Origin: an uncultured Holophaga sp.
Lineage (GTDB): Bacteria; Acidobacteriota; Holophagae; Holophagales; Holophagaceae
Assembly (NCBI GenBank): GCA_963664825.1
Contig: OY761614.1
Location: 2,304,001 to 2,368,000, forward strand
Reading direction: 5' to 3'
DNA length: 64,000 nucleotides
Shown: in pieces, positions 30,334 through 40,617 of the stretch
Numbering within the stretch: position 1 is the first letter of the stretch
Layout of the letters: each line of letters begins with the position of its first letter
Position numbers and translations under genes: made by a program
The notes under the pieces: generated by a model
Seen by the model: the letters and a program-made list of their open reading frames with translations, nothing else
Database searches by the model: none
What the model was told of the DNA's origin: nothing

Positions 30334-30361
30334 GGGAGCGCCCCGCGGGGCGCTTCTTTTT
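30334..30361 (+). terminator. Intrinsic terminator
   Basis: gagcgccc-cgcg-gggcgctt followed by a T run. Confidence 0.65.
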
Positions 30362-30375
30362 GCCAAGATGGAGCC

Positions 30376-30448
30376 ATGGCCTTCGAATCCATCACCCCCA
30401 TCCGCGTTCGCTACGCCGAGACCGATGCCATGGGCATCGTGCACCACG
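30376..30448 (+). pseudogene. 5' remnant of a thioesterase paralog
   Basis: MAFESITPIRVRYAETDAMGIVHH; about 40 bp near-identical to 30575-30615. Confidence 0.75.
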
Positions 30449-30550
30449 GGGCCCCATCCGCGACCTCGAGCCGCAGGCGAAGGGGGAGCGGGAGGACAGC
30501 GCGGGGCGCTGTCCGATCTGGGGGTAGTCTATGTGGTGCGGATTGAAACC

Positions 30551-30946
30551 ATGGAAACGAAGACCGAGATTCGAGTTCGCTACGCTGAGACCGATGCCAT
30601 GGGCATCGTGCACCATGCCGTCTATCCCATCTGGATGGAGCTGGGCCGTTCCGATTTCCTGCGGGAACTGGGCCAGAGCTATGGCGAATGGGAAAGACAG
30701 GGCGTGATGATGAGTGTGGCGGAGCTGCAGGTGAAGTTCCGGTCCCCGGCGCGCTACGACGAGCTGGTGGAGGTGAGGACCCGGCTCCTGGAAGCCAATC
30801 GCCGGAAGATCACCTTCGCTTACACGATCTTCCGGGATGGCACGCGGCTGGTGGAGGGCCGCACGGTCCATGTGGTCACGGGCGCCGATGGCCGCGCCCG
30901 CACGCTGCCTGAGGAGATGCTGCGCTTCGTGGAAGGGGCGATCTAG
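30551..30946 (+). CDS. Acyl-CoA thioesterase (YbgC/4HBT hot-dog fold)
   Basis: RVRYAETDAMGIVHHAVY..ELGR. Confidence 0.9.
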   Translation: METKTEIRVRYAETDAMGIVHHAVYPIWMELGRSDFLRELGQSYGEWERQGVMMSVAELQVKFRSPARYDELVEVRTRLLEANRRKITFAYTIFRDGTRLVEGRTVHVVTGADGRARTLPEEMLRFVEGAI

Positions 30947-30975
30947 CCGGGCTTGGGAGGATCGCCACGGGTCAT

Positions 30976-31623
30976 TCAGGCATCGGGCCTATTCATTCCG
31001 CCGAAGAGGGCCATGGCCAGGATGGCCGAGAGGGCGTCCAGGAGCTGGCGTCGGTGTTCGGGGAAGGCGTCGGCCTGGAAGCTCTGGAAGCTCACCAGTC
31101 CGAAGGGGCGCTGGGGACCGTGCAAGGGCACGCCATACCAGCTCGAAGGGATGAGGCCCGAGCCCTTTTCCGCTTCCGTCAGGACATTGCCGAGGGCCAC
31201 GGCCTCCTCCAGTGTGCGCGTATACAGGGGCGCGTTGGATAGGATGGCCTGGCCCGTGAGCCCCGGCTTTTCCGAGAGACGACGGGAGGGATGTTTCCGG
31301 GGGCGTCCCCCCTCGTGGTAGAAAACGAAATTCAATTGGTCCTTCTCCCAGTCCACCAGGGCCACGAAGAAGGAAGCCAGATCGAAGGGATGAAAGACCA
31401 GGCGATGCATGGTTTCGGCGAGTTCAAGAGCGGACTTTCCGGGATCGAGTTGTTCAGCCGCCGAGAGCATCAGCTGCATATCCTGATCCAGATGCTGCAC
31501 CAGCTCCCGCAGATCCTGAACCTCGCTGCGCAGGGTGGTCGCCTCGAGTTCCAGGGCACTGGTCCGGACGCGCTGCTCGGCCTCAGCTTCCCTCCTGGAT
31601 TTGCCGTGCTGGAAGAAGTTCAT
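30976..31623 (-). CDS. Coiled-coil plus GAF domain protein
   Basis: GLTGQAI, SWYGVPL, GLVSFQS..AF. Confidence 0.8.
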   Translation of the reverse strand: MNFFQHGKSRREAEAEQRVRTSALELEATTLRSEVQDLRELVQHLDQDMQLMLSAAEQLDPGKSALELAETMHRLVFHPFDLASFFVALVDWEKDQLNFVFYHEGGRPRKHPSRRLSEKPGLTGQAILSNAPLYTRTLEEAVALGNVLTEAEKGSGLIPSSWYGVPLHGPQRPFGLVSFQSFQADAFPEHRRQLLDALSAILAMALFGGMNRPDA

Positions 31624-31685
31624 GGGCACATTCCGGCTCGAGACTTGGGGACAAGGGCGATTGGTGATTGACTTGAGGCATGACG

Positions 31686-33137
31686 ATGACACGCCCCATC
31701 CATCTCTTCAACACCCTCACTCGGCGGGTGGAGCCCGTGGATCCTCTGAATCCCGGCGTGATCACCCTCTACACCTGTGGGCCCACGGTCTACAACTTCG
31801 CCCACATCGGCAACCTGCGGACCTTCCTGTTCCAGGATCTGCTCAAGCGCACCTTCCAGGCCGCGGGCTTCGAGGTGCGCCACTGCATGAACATCACGGA
31901 TGTGGAGGACAAGATCATCCGCGATAGCCAGAAGGATCTGCCCCTGGAGGCCGAGAATGCGGCCCGTCACGAGGCCATGAAGGCCCTCACGGGTCGCTAT
32001 ACCCAGGCCTTCTTCGACGATCTGGAGGCCGTGGCCATCCCTCAGTCCAGCTTCACCTTCCTGCCCCGGGCCACGGAATACATTCCCCAGATGATTGGGC
32101 TCATTGAGCGCCTGGAGGCCAAGGGCCTGGCCTACGCCCGGGAGGGCAGCGTCTACTTCCGCATCGCGGGCCTGCCCCAGTATGGGTGCCTGGCCCATCT
32201 GGATCGGGAGGGCATGCAGGTGGGCACTTCCGTGGATGCCGATGAATACGAGCGCGAATCCCTCAGTGATTTCGTGTTGTGGAAGGCCTTCAAGCCCGGC
32301 GAACCCTCCTGGGATTCCCCCTGGGGCCCCGGGCGACCGGGCTGGCACATCGAATGCTCGGCCATGGGCATGGAGCTCTTGGGTGAGCGCATCGATATCC
32401 ATAGCGGCGGCGTGGACCTGGTCTTTCCCCACCACGAGAACGAGATCGCCCAGAGCGAGGGTGCCACGGGCCACACCTGGGTCAACACCTGGGTCCACGG
32501 GGAATTCCTGCTGGTGGAAGGGGAGAAGATGTCCAAGTCCCTGGGGAATTTCTTCACCCTGCGGGATCTGGTGGAGAAGGGCATCGATCCCATCACCTTC
32601 CGCTATGCCATCCAGAGCAATCACTACCGCAGGCTCTACAACTTCAGCTTCGAGGGGCTCAAGGGCGCCAAGAACGCCCTCGATCGCCTGCGCACCTTCC
32701 GCACGCGCATGGAGGGCAACGGTGAAGCGTCCGGCGGGGGCGAGTGGAAGGAGGCCCTCGATCCCATCCGCCGCATCGCCGAGGCCCGGGAAGATTTCTG
32801 GTCGGCCATGTCCGCCGACCTCAATACGCCCGAGGCCCTGGCGGCCATCTTCACCCTGGTGAGCGATCTCAATGCCCAGGATGATCGTGCCGCCCTCACC
32901 CGCGAGGAACGGGATGCCGCCCTTCGCTTCCTGGACGAGACCAACGCCATCTTCGCGGGATGGCCCCACCAGGAGGCCAGCCTCGATGGGGACGTCGAGG
33001 CTCTCATCGAAGCCCGCAAGGCTGCCAAGGCCGCCCGGAACTGGGCCGAATCCGACCGGATCCGCGACGAGCTCAAGGCCATGGGCATCCTCCTGGAGGA
33101 CCGCAAGGACGGCAGCGTGGGCTGGAAGAAGGCCTGA
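31686..33137 (+). CDS. cysS: Cysteine--tRNA ligase
   Basis: CGPTVY, HIGN, GRPGWHIECSAM, KMSKS. Confidence 0.98.
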   Translation: MTRPIHLFNTLTRRVEPVDPLNPGVITLYTCGPTVYNFAHIGNLRTFLFQDLLKRTFQAAGFEVRHCMNITDVEDKIIRDSQKDLPLEAENAARHEAMKALTGRYTQAFFDDLEAVAIPQSSFTFLPRATEYIPQMIGLIERLEAKGLAYAREGSVYFRIAGLPQYGCLAHLDREGMQVGTSVDADEYERESLSDFVLWKAFKPGEPSWDSPWGPGRPGWHIECSAMGMELLGERIDIHSGGVDLVFPHHENEIAQSEGATGHTWVNTWVHGEFLLVEGEKMSKSLGNFFTLRDLVEKGIDPITFRYAIQSNHYRRLYNFSFEGLKGAKNALDRLRTFRTRMEGNGEASGGGEWKEALDPIRRIAEAREDFWSAMSADLNTPEALAAIFTLVSDLNAQDDRAALTREERDAALRFLDETNAIFAGWPHQEASLDGDVEALIEARKAAKAARNWAESDRIRDELKAMGILLEDRKDGSVGWKKA

Positions 33138-33167
33138 TATCCTGGCTTGATTCCCCAGGAGCACAAA

Positions 33168-33578
33168 ATGGTCGAGAACGAAAACCAGAAGAAGAGCAAA
33201 GTCTGGATGTACGTCGGGATCGGTTGCGCCGGTCTATTTCTGATTGTGTTGATTACAATTGTGGTCGGCTTCTTCTGGGTCAGGGCAAAAGTCGAACATG
33301 TCGGTGGCCCCCAGGCCATTGCTACCCAAATGATTTCCATGGGTGGAGGCATGATGGCCCTGCCCGCCCTGCCCGAGACCGAGCGGGAGGACGCCAAGAA
33401 GGTGCTCAATGATCTCCAGGCCAAGGCCAAGGACTTCACGCAAGCCGATGTCAAGGCACTGAGTGAAGCCATGGAGCGCCTCGGTAAGTCCCAAAAGGCG
33501 AACCCGGACCGCAAGCCCAGTGCCGATGATGCCCGCGCCTTTATCGCGGAGTGCAAACGCATCGGGGACGCGCACTGA
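33168..33578 (+). CDS. Hypothetical single-pass membrane protein
   Basis: Hydrophobic helix after KKSKVW; RBS aggag. Confidence 0.65.
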   Translation: MVENENQKKSKVWMYVGIGCAGLFLIVLITIVVGFFWVRAKVEHVGGPQAIATQMISMGGGMMALPALPETEREDAKKVLNDLQAKAKDFTQADVKALSEAMERLGKSQKANPDRKPSADDARAFIAECKRIGDAH

Positions 33579-33630
33579 GAGCTGAAAACGCGCGGTCCTG
33601 AGGTTCTCACAGGGCTTTCAAACAGCCCTC

Positions 33631-33663
33631 ACGCGGTGTCCGGGCGAAGCCCGGACACCGCGT
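33631..33663. terminator. Hairpin between convergent genes
   Basis: 15-bp perfect stem acgcggtgtccgggc-gaa-gcccggacaccgcgt. Confidence 0.7.
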
Positions 33664-33666
33664 CTG

Positions 33667-35712
33667 TTAATGCCCCTTGGCTTCCAGTGCCGTTCCCCGC
33701 ATGATTCGCCACCAGCCCAGCCCATAGGCGGTCTGATACCAGGAGAAAAGTGCCTTCGGATTGTCGGGGGGCTCGGCCTGGGGGCCGGAGGTGGGGAACA
33801 CCGTCGCGTGCGAACCCTTGAATTCCATCAGGAAGTCGGGGCCGATGAGGCGATCTGAACCGAGGCCCATGTGATGGCGGGGGCGCAGCAGATCCTCTCC
33901 CAGGCTGGGATAACGGAAGCCTTCGGGAGCACACAGATCGACCAGGGTCGGCGTGATATCCAAGTGCCCACCCGCCGGGTGGGAGGGCCGTGGCACGCCT
34001 GCCAGCACCTGGGGCCCGTGAAGCAGGAAGGGCACGGCGGAGCGCTCGTAGCAGCTGGGTCGTGCGGTCATGGAGCGGCGGGACCAATGGTCTCCCGTGA
34101 GCGCCACGAGGGTGTGGGGCAGTTTCGTCTCGACGGCGCGGATGAAGTTCCCCGCGCAGCGATCGGAGTACCAGAGATGGCCGAGGATCTTGCGGCTAAA
34201 GCCCCCGGCGGGATCAAAGCCCGTCCACGCGGGGATTTCCTTCATCGGGAAACCCTTGCGGTCGATGTCGACCTGGTAGGGCGGATGATTGCTGGTCGTG
34301 AGGATGACATTGAAGCTGGGTGCGTCATCGGTGACCTTGCCAAGGGCAAAGGAAAAGAGGTCCTCGTCGTCGACACCCCAGTCCTTGCCCTTGGGATTGC
34401 CGATGTGGCCACCTCCGAACACCTCGTCGAAGCCCTGAGAGGTGCAGAACTCGCCGATATGCTGCCAGCTCAAGTATCCAGAATAGAACACACGCGTGTG
34501 GTAGCCCAGTCGCTTGAAGATTGCGGCTGGTGAGGAAGAGAAGGGCTTCCGTGCGTTCGGACGGAAGGCCGTATAGACCCCCACGTCCGGTAGTCCTGTG
34601 AGAATGCCTGCCAGTGAGGCCATGGTGCCTGTGCCGATGGGCAGGAAGTCCTTGACCAGGATCCCCTCCGCTCCCAGGGCAGCCACTTGATCGGTGAGGT
34701 GCAAGGGGCGCCAATGCTCCATCAAGGGCCAGGCGTCATAACTCTCCATGATGATCAGGAAGACATGACGGGGAGGCCTCAGGGCGCCCGGGGCCGAATG
34801 CATCAGGTAATCGTCGATCTGGCTTCGACGTCCGATCTCGGGATAGGCCGCTGCCGCCGCGGCCACGAGATCCCCATCTGGAATGAACGCAGAGAGACCA
34901 TTGATGTTCTGCATATCCTTCCAGTTGCTATAGGCCTCGCTGAGGGCGTGGAAGGGGGTGGGGATCCAGGCGCTCAGGCAGGGATCTGCCACGACTGCGG
35001 CATCCCCCATCTGTAAGGGGCGGCTGGTCGCGCGGCCCCGGGCTCCGGTCACCACCAGGAAGGCGATGACTAGGCCCAGCGCCACCCGCAGGGGCAGAGG
35101 CCACCATCCGCGTCCCAGGCGGTCCTCGCCGAGGAGGGGGCGCTTCACGACCTTGAGGAGAAGCCACCCTCCCAGAAGGGTGATTCCAAGGGCGGCACCC
35201 AGATTGAACAGCGGATGATAGCTCGCCCAGATCGTGCCGAGGATGGCCCTCCGATCATCGTAGACCGCGCCGAAGAGGAAATGATTGAACTGGGCGTGGT
35301 ATTCCCGGAAGAAACCCACATCGATCGCCATCACCATGGCCGAAACCGCCAAAAAACACAGGCCAATCCCGGCCCGCAGGCGATCACCGGCTCGGCTCCA
35401 GTCCCGAAGACCGCATGTGATGGACATCAGGAGCGAAAAGATACAGCACTCGGTCACGATCTGCATATCGAAGCGGCCCCCTCGCAGCAGGGCATGTACC
35501 AGATCCCCGAGGCTCGTGGTCGGTCCCCAGGAACTGTGGAAGGCCAGCAGGATGCCGAGGCGCATCAGCCCAAGGAAGGCCACCAGTAGAAGCCAGAGGC
35601 TCAGATCCTTCTGGACCTGGATGAGGAACCGCAGCCATCCCGCGGGAGGCGTCTGTGTGACAGGGCTTCTTAAGGGGAGGCCGCTCTTGTTCTCTCTGAA
35701 AATTTGACTCAT
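33667..35712 (-). CDS. LTA-synthase/sulfatase-family membrane phosphotransferase
   Basis: N-terminal TM bundle; IIMES, TTSNHPPY, YSDRC, GDH, HLDITPTL. Confidence 0.85.
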   Translation of the reverse strand: MSQIFRENKSGLPLRSPVTQTPPAGWLRFLIQVQKDLSLWLLLVAFLGLMRLGILLAFHSSWGPTTSLGDLVHALLRGGRFDMQIVTECCIFSLLMSITCGLRDWSRAGDRLRAGIGLCFLAVSAMVMAIDVGFFREYHAQFNHFLFGAVYDDRRAILGTIWASYHPLFNLGAALGITLLGGWLLLKVVKRPLLGEDRLGRGWWPLPLRVALGLVIAFLVVTGARGRATSRPLQMGDAAVVADPCLSAWIPTPFHALSEAYSNWKDMQNINGLSAFIPDGDLVAAAAAAYPEIGRRSQIDDYLMHSAPGALRPPRHVFLIIMESYDAWPLMEHWRPLHLTDQVAALGAEGILVKDFLPIGTGTMASLAGILTGLPDVGVYTAFRPNARKPFSSSPAAIFKRLGYHTRVFYSGYLSWQHIGEFCTSQGFDEVFGGGHIGNPKGKDWGVDDEDLFSFALGKVTDDAPSFNVILTTSNHPPYQVDIDRKGFPMKEIPAWTGFDPAGGFSRKILGHLWYSDRCAGNFIRAVETKLPHTLVALTGDHWSRRSMTARPSCYERSAVPFLLHGPQVLAGVPRPSHPAGGHLDITPTLVDLCAPEGFRYPSLGEDLLRPRHHMGLGSDRLIGPDFLMEFKGSHATVFPTSGPQAEPPDNPKALFSWYQTAYGLGWWRIMRGTALEAKGH

Positions 35713-35773
35713 GAATGTGTTTCCATTCTCTCAAACTGGTAGCGGAACGGCTCCGTCCTTCAAAGGTTAACAA

Positions 35774-36850
35774 GTGAATATTCCCGCCGCACCTCATTCG
35801 ATCTGCCTTCTGCGCCTCTCGGCCCTGGGCGACGCCACCCATGCCGTGCCCCTGTTGCGTACGCTGCGCCGCGCTTGGCCCGAGGTTCCCATCACCTGGG
35901 TCCTCGGCAAGGGTGAAGCCAAGCTGCTTGAAGGCCTGGAGGATATTGAATTCATCGTCTTCGACAAGAATGCTGGATGGGCGGGTATCCGGGAGTTCCG
36001 TCACAAACTTGCGGGGCGGCGTTTCGAGGTGCTGCTCCAGATGCAACTCGCCCTTCGCGCCAACCTGCTCTCCAGCTTTATCTCCGCCCAGAGGCGCATT
36101 GGCTACGACCGAGCTCGCAGCAAGGAAGGCCACAGCCTCTTCATCAATGAACGGATCCCCCGTGGTGGGCATCACGTCCTGGATGTCTTTGGGAAATTTT
36201 GCGAACCCCTGGGCCTCAAGCAGGATCAGGTCGAATGGCGACTGCCTGTGCCGGTCCAGGCTCGGGAATGGGCTCAGGAACAGCTCCCCGGCGATCAACC
36301 GACCCTGCTTATCTCTCCGTGCTCCAGTCACGCCCTGCGGAATTGGGCTCCGGAGCGCTACGCTGCTGTTGCCGATCATGCCGCCTCAAGGGGATGGCGC
36401 ATCGCGCTCTGCGGCGGGCGCAGTGCCCTCGAACGGGCCGTTGGTGATGCGATCCTCGCGGCTGCGAAGGCGCCGATGATCGATCTGATCGCCAAGGACA
36501 CCCTGAAACAGCTCTTGGCCCTCCTGGAACGCGCGACGCTGGTGCTATCGCCCGATTCGGGTCCGACCCACATGGCCAATGCCATGGGCGCCAAGGTGCT
36601 GGGACTCTATGCCTGCACGGATCTGGAGCGCTGCGGCCCCTATTCGGATAGGCGCTATTCCATCGGCCACTACGAGGAAGCCGCTCGGCAATTCCTGGGC
36701 AAGTCCGCTCGAGAACTCCCCTGGGGCAAGCGCGTGGAATTCCCCGGCGTCATGGATCTCGTCACCGTGGAGGAGGTGATCGACCGCCTCGAGGCGTTCA
36801 GGGCGGAGCACCCCGACACTAATCTCTGCAACCCAGCATCTCCCTGGTGA
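35774..36850 (+). CDS. Glycosyltransferase family 9 (OpsX-like heptosyltransferase)
   Basis: LRLSALGD, RNW, DSGPTHMANA. Confidence 0.9.
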   Translation: MNIPAAPHSICLLRLSALGDATHAVPLLRTLRRAWPEVPITWVLGKGEAKLLEGLEDIEFIVFDKNAGWAGIREFRHKLAGRRFEVLLQMQLALRANLLSSFISAQRRIGYDRARSKEGHSLFINERIPRGGHHVLDVFGKFCEPLGLKQDQVEWRLPVPVQAREWAQEQLPGDQPTLLISPCSSHALRNWAPERYAAVADHAASRGWRIALCGGRSALERAVGDAILAAAKAPMIDLIAKDTLKQLLALLERATLVLSPDSGPTHMANAMGAKVLGLYACTDLERCGPYSDRRYSIGHYEEAARQFLGKSARELPWGKRVEFPGVMDLVTVEEVIDRLEAFRAEHPDTNLCNPASPW

Positions 36851-37553
36851 CGTCCTCCAACCGTGTCCGGAAACGGTGACAGCTTGGCATATCGATGCGT
36901 TTCGGATCTACGATCCCATCCCGTACCAAGTCCGCTACATCGTCGTATGTTTTATTTTGCTCTTCCAAAATTGCGTTGAGTTGAGACTTGGCGGAATTGG
37001 GGCTGTTGTCGTTTCCGGACAAGTCGGTTTCCAGTCCCTCGCACTGGACATAGGGATCGCGCTTTAAGGCGCAAAGGAGCCAAGCCTCACTCTTGGGCTG
37101 AGCGATCATGGGAACTCCTCTATCAAACCCCTCGGCCGAAAAACCATCCATCATCGAGTGCCATTTTGTATCGAAGAGGTTTCCCCTGGCGGACTGAGAC
37201 TCATCTGTGTCGTGGAACAGCACGGCGCAAACAGGACATTTGGGTCCCTCAAACTTCTTCGCCCTGCGTGCCATGGCGCGGGCATTTTTGAAGAAGTGAG
37301 CCGTTTCGTAGTCGCGTTTCTTGCCTCGGGAGAGTGTCATAGGGAGTTGTCGGCAATCATTCGCCAAGGCGCTTTCTGAGACGAAGTACATCGTTTGGCT
37401 TTCAATCACCGAAAATCCAGCCAGTGGTTCCACCAAGCGATCCACGATCCAGGCCATGGGACCTGGTAGGAAACCCGGTCCCTCGCAGGTGTCGGCATCT
37501 TGGGCGCAGATACCCATGTCCGTGCGACCCTCTCCCGAAACCAGAAAGATCAT
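36819..37553 (-). CDS. TOPRIM-like (DUF4276/RloB-like) partner of the ATPase
   Basis: VSGEGRTD, FHDTD, SEAWLL; ATGA overlap with the ATPase. Confidence 0.6.
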   Translation of the reverse strand: MIFLVSGEGRTDMGICAQDADTCEGPGFLPGPMAWIVDRLVEPLAGFSVIESQTMYFVSESALANDCRQLPMTLSRGKKRDYETAHFFKNARAMARRAKKFEGPKCPVCAVLFHDTDESQSARGNLFDTKWHSMMDGFSAEGFDRGVPMIAQPKSEAWLLCALKRDPYVQCEGLETDLSGNDNSPNSAKSQLNAILEEQNKTYDDVADLVRDGIVDPKRIDMPSCHRFRTRLEDVTREMLGCRD

Positions 37554-38734
37554 GGACGTCCCGACGCCTTCGTTCCCGAACCCAGACGGGTCACCATCTT
37601 TTCAAGGTCCGTATCCAAGAAGACCTCACCCGGCCCAAGGGCCCGGAGCTTGGAAAGAGTCTCTGGCTGCTCGAAGTAGCGGCAGGCATTTGTTCGCCCC
37701 TCAGGTGTGCGGTAAACGAGGAAGACGGATTTGCATGCCACAGTATCTTCCAGGAAATTGAGGAGCACGGGGCTGTGAGTGGTGACGAGAACCTGTTTGT
37801 GGCTAGAGTCGAGGCCCACCAGGAAATCCATCAATTTTCCGGCCAGGGCCGGGTTGATACCGTTCTCGATCTCGTCGAAGAGCAGAAATCGATGACTGCT
37901 TTCGGACTGAGCGAGGATGGCGAGAATCCTCAGTAAACCGTCGTTCACATGAGAGGCATCCACAGCTAGTCCGCTCCCATAGCGTTCCGTGATGCGCAGG
38001 TTTTTCCAGCCCGCCCGTAGCGTGTGGACCTGCCAGCTTTTTAAACTTGGAGAGAACTCTTGGAGCTTTGTCAGCAATGAATCGCGTTGCTCTGGCCCAA
38101 AGGAGCTCAGGAAGGCCGACAATTTTTCGCCGCCGACTCCAATGTCTTCAGCCTTTTTGGCGCGTCGTCGAAGTGATTGGGGGGAGAGCAACTCCAGGGA
38201 ACGCAGGCTAAGGAGTTGTGTCTTGACCTCGCCAATGCACCAATGGAAGTTGCCTAGCTTTAGGGCCGAAAGCACCGATCCATGATATTCAAAAGGTAGG
38301 GAAGCCAGGATGGTACGCTCTTCGGAAGCGGGGTCATGAAGGAGATCAAGGCGGCCCTCATCAAGTTTTAGGAGAATATTGCCCTCGCAGCTCACTTGCT
38401 CCCAGGTGCACTTGAGTTGGTTAACGTTGAACCGTGCCTTCCATTCAATAACAGGACCGCTGGTGGGGCGGAATCCGAGCGCGAAGACGATCACATGCTT
38501 CTTGACGCCGAGATTGCTAGTCAGCTCGTTTTTCTTCCAGTCTCTCGAGGCTAGCCATTCCTCCACTTTTCCGGTGGCCACATGGGCGATGAAGTCGAAA
38601 GCCTGGAGCACCGTTGATTTACCCGCCCCATTCAATCCGATCAGGCAAGTGAAGGGGCCCAATTCCTGCCCCGCCAAGGGGAGGTCGAAATCCACCAGAG
38701 ACTTGAAGTTCTCGATGTGGAAATACGTGATCAT
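37550..38734 (-). CDS. ABC-type (AAA_21-like) ATPase, putative defence
   Basis: IENFKS, GLNGAGKST, NDGLLR, LLFDEIENG, TTHSP; more AT-rich than flanks. Confidence 0.88.
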   Translation of the reverse strand: MITYFHIENFKSLVDFDLPLAGQELGPFTCLIGLNGAGKSTVLQAFDFIAHVATGKVEEWLASRDWKKNELTSNLGVKKHVIVFALGFRPTSGPVIEWKARFNVNQLKCTWEQVSCEGNILLKLDEGRLDLLHDPASEERTILASLPFEYHGSVLSALKLGNFHWCIGEVKTQLLSLRSLELLSPQSLRRRAKKAEDIGVGGEKLSAFLSSFGPEQRDSLLTKLQEFSPSLKSWQVHTLRAGWKNLRITERYGSGLAVDASHVNDGLLRILAILAQSESSHRFLLFDEIENGINPALAGKLMDFLVGLDSSHKQVLVTTHSPVLLNFLEDTVACKSVFLVYRTPEGRTNACRYFEQPETLSKLRALGPGEVFLDTDLEKMVTRLGSGTKASGRP

Positions 38735-38951
38735 GGCCAATTCCAAAGGGGGGATGTTAAGTCTGGGTTGATTGTGGATTAATTGTTTATGAATGGTTCC
38801 ACATGTTCAAAAAGAACAATCGAGTCTAGATATAGGGGGAGTTTAACTTGTGTAGCATGCGTTTTTCTAACACGCGATCGAAAAAAAATTGATTGGAGGG
38901 AATAGGTGTTTTGTGTCACGCATGGAACGACAGGGCTTTAACGTATCTCAA

Positions 38952-38990
38952 TTCACCGATGCGAATTCCTGTCCCCGTCTCCGTGGTGAA
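38952..38990. repeat. Degenerate family B element
   Basis: ttcacc...ctccgtggtgaa; shares the terminal ctccgtggtg with the 50621-50630 arm. Confidence 0.5.
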
Positions 38991-39001
38991 CCCTTTTGGC
39001 C

Positions 39002-39403
39002 TCAGCTCTTGGCGCCGTAGTCCTCGTAGGATTTCTCCTCGACGTAGGTGGAACCCAGGGCCAGGTTGATATCCTTCTTGACCCTGGAACGCTCGTCGTT
39101 CTCGAAGTAGACGGCCCGGGCCAGGCGGATGAATTCCGCGCCGAAGGCCTGCTGTTTTTCCTGGGTGCGGATATTGTCCTCGATGGACCAAAGGCGCTCA
39201 TTGACGGCCTTGAGGGCGGTTCGCAGTTCCCGGATGTCCTTTTGTGAGGCGGGATGGGCCGCCCAGGTGGCATTGAGCGCGTCGAGTTCCTTGCCCACAT
39301 TGGCCAGCTTGAGGGCATCGGTCATGCGTTCGGATTTGATTTCCAGGATCGCGATCTTGTCGAGCAGTTCGCCAAAGGAGACAGGTACCAGGATTTCGGA
39401 CAT
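39002..39403 (-). CDS. DUF6165-like protein
   Basis: VSFGELLDKIAILEIK, NERLWSIED, LARAVYFENDER, EEKSY. Confidence 0.8.
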   Translation of the reverse strand: MSEILVPVSFGELLDKIAILEIKSERMTDALKLANVGKELDALNATWAAHPASQKDIRELRTALKAVNERLWSIEDNIRTQEKQQAFGAEFIRLARAVYFENDERSRVKKDINLALGSTYVEEKSYEDYGAKS

Positions 39404-39646
39404 GCGGGACACTCCGTTCATCGATGCGGCAGTTTAGCGCGTTGAGGTGCATTCCCGCGAACTAGACGCGTTATCCGGCCTCACCTGGACAACTCTTCCC
39501 TTCGTCAGGGAGCAGGCGAACCTCTCTCTCATGGCGGAGAAATCGGTGAATACCCGCCATCCGCCGATTCCAAGGGCTCGCTCACCGATCGAGGCCTCGC
39601 CGGGGCGTTTCAGGGCATACCCTGGAGCCCTACCCGGAGGCCGCCC

Positions 39647-40570
39647 ATGCCAGAATCCCTCGATGCCTACCTGGAGGCCCTCAAGATGGCCCTGGCGGGG
39701 TGTGATCGCGCGCTGGTTCAGGACGCCCTCTTCGATGCCCGCCAGCGCATGAACCGCGAACTGGCCAGACTGTCCTGGGAGGAACCCCTGCTGTCGCCGG
39801 GGGAGGCTACGGCTAAGGCCCTCGCCAGTTTGGGCACACCCGAACATTCCGCGGAGACCTACCGTCAGCGGGAGCTGCTGGTGGCCGAGGCCTTGGGCTC
39901 CGCCCCTTCCCTGGTTTCCGAGACCGGGGAAGAGGGGGCGCCCTGGCCCAGTGCCTTCGGCGTCTTCGCCGATCCCAAGGCCTACACCTCCCTGCTCTAC
40001 CTGCTCCTCTCTCTGCCTGCGGGCATCTTCGTCTTCACCTGGGTGGTGACGGGGCTGAGCCTTTCCCTGGGCCTCCTGGTCCTGGTCATCGGATTTCCCC
40101 TCCTGATCTGTTTCCTGGGCTCCTGCCGGGCCCTGGGCCTGGCGGAGGGCCGTCTGGTGGAGGCCCTGCTGGATGTGCGCATGCCCCGCCGTCCGGCGAT
40201 CCTTCCGGAAGGCCGTCGCTGGACCGAGCACTTGGCCAATCTCTTCAAGGATGGCTACACCTGGACGAGCCTGGCCTATCTCCTGCTGCGCCTACCTTTC
40301 GGGGTCCTGTATTTCACGGCCATGGTGACGGCCTTCTCCCTTTCCCTGGCCTTGATGGCCACGCCCTTGATCCGGGTCTTCGGCGCCCACATCGAGGGTG
40401 ACTTCATCCTCTTGTGCACCCAATACGGCCCCGGGAACCTGCCGCCCATGTGGATGCTCCTGGGCCTTGGTGTCTTGGGATTCCTGGGCCTGCTCGGCTC
40501 CATGCACCTGACGTTGGTCCTGGGGCGCATCCAGGGCTGGCTGGCCCGAATGCTCCTGGTGAAGCGTTGA
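39647..40570 (+). CDS. Membrane sensor-domain protein (PF13796-like) with HAAS-like N-terminus
   Basis: YLEALK..LGTPE, then repeated YLLL TM pairs. Confidence 0.7.
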   Translation: MPESLDAYLEALKMALAGCDRALVQDALFDARQRMNRELARLSWEEPLLSPGEATAKALASLGTPEHSAETYRQRELLVAEALGSAPSLVSETGEEGAPWPSAFGVFADPKAYTSLLYLLLSLPAGIFVFTWVVTGLSLSLGLLVLVIGFPLLICFLGSCRALGLAEGRLVEALLDVRMPRRPAILPEGRRWTEHLANLFKDGYTWTSLAYLLLRLPFGVLYFTAMVTAFSLSLALMATPLIRVFGAHIEGDFILLCTQYGPGNLPPMWMLLGLGVLGFLGLLGSMHLTLVLGRIQGWLARMLLVKR

Positions 40571-40617
40571 ACTCTCCCACGCTTCCCCGAAAGGCCATTG
40601 GAGTCTAGGCTCAGTAC

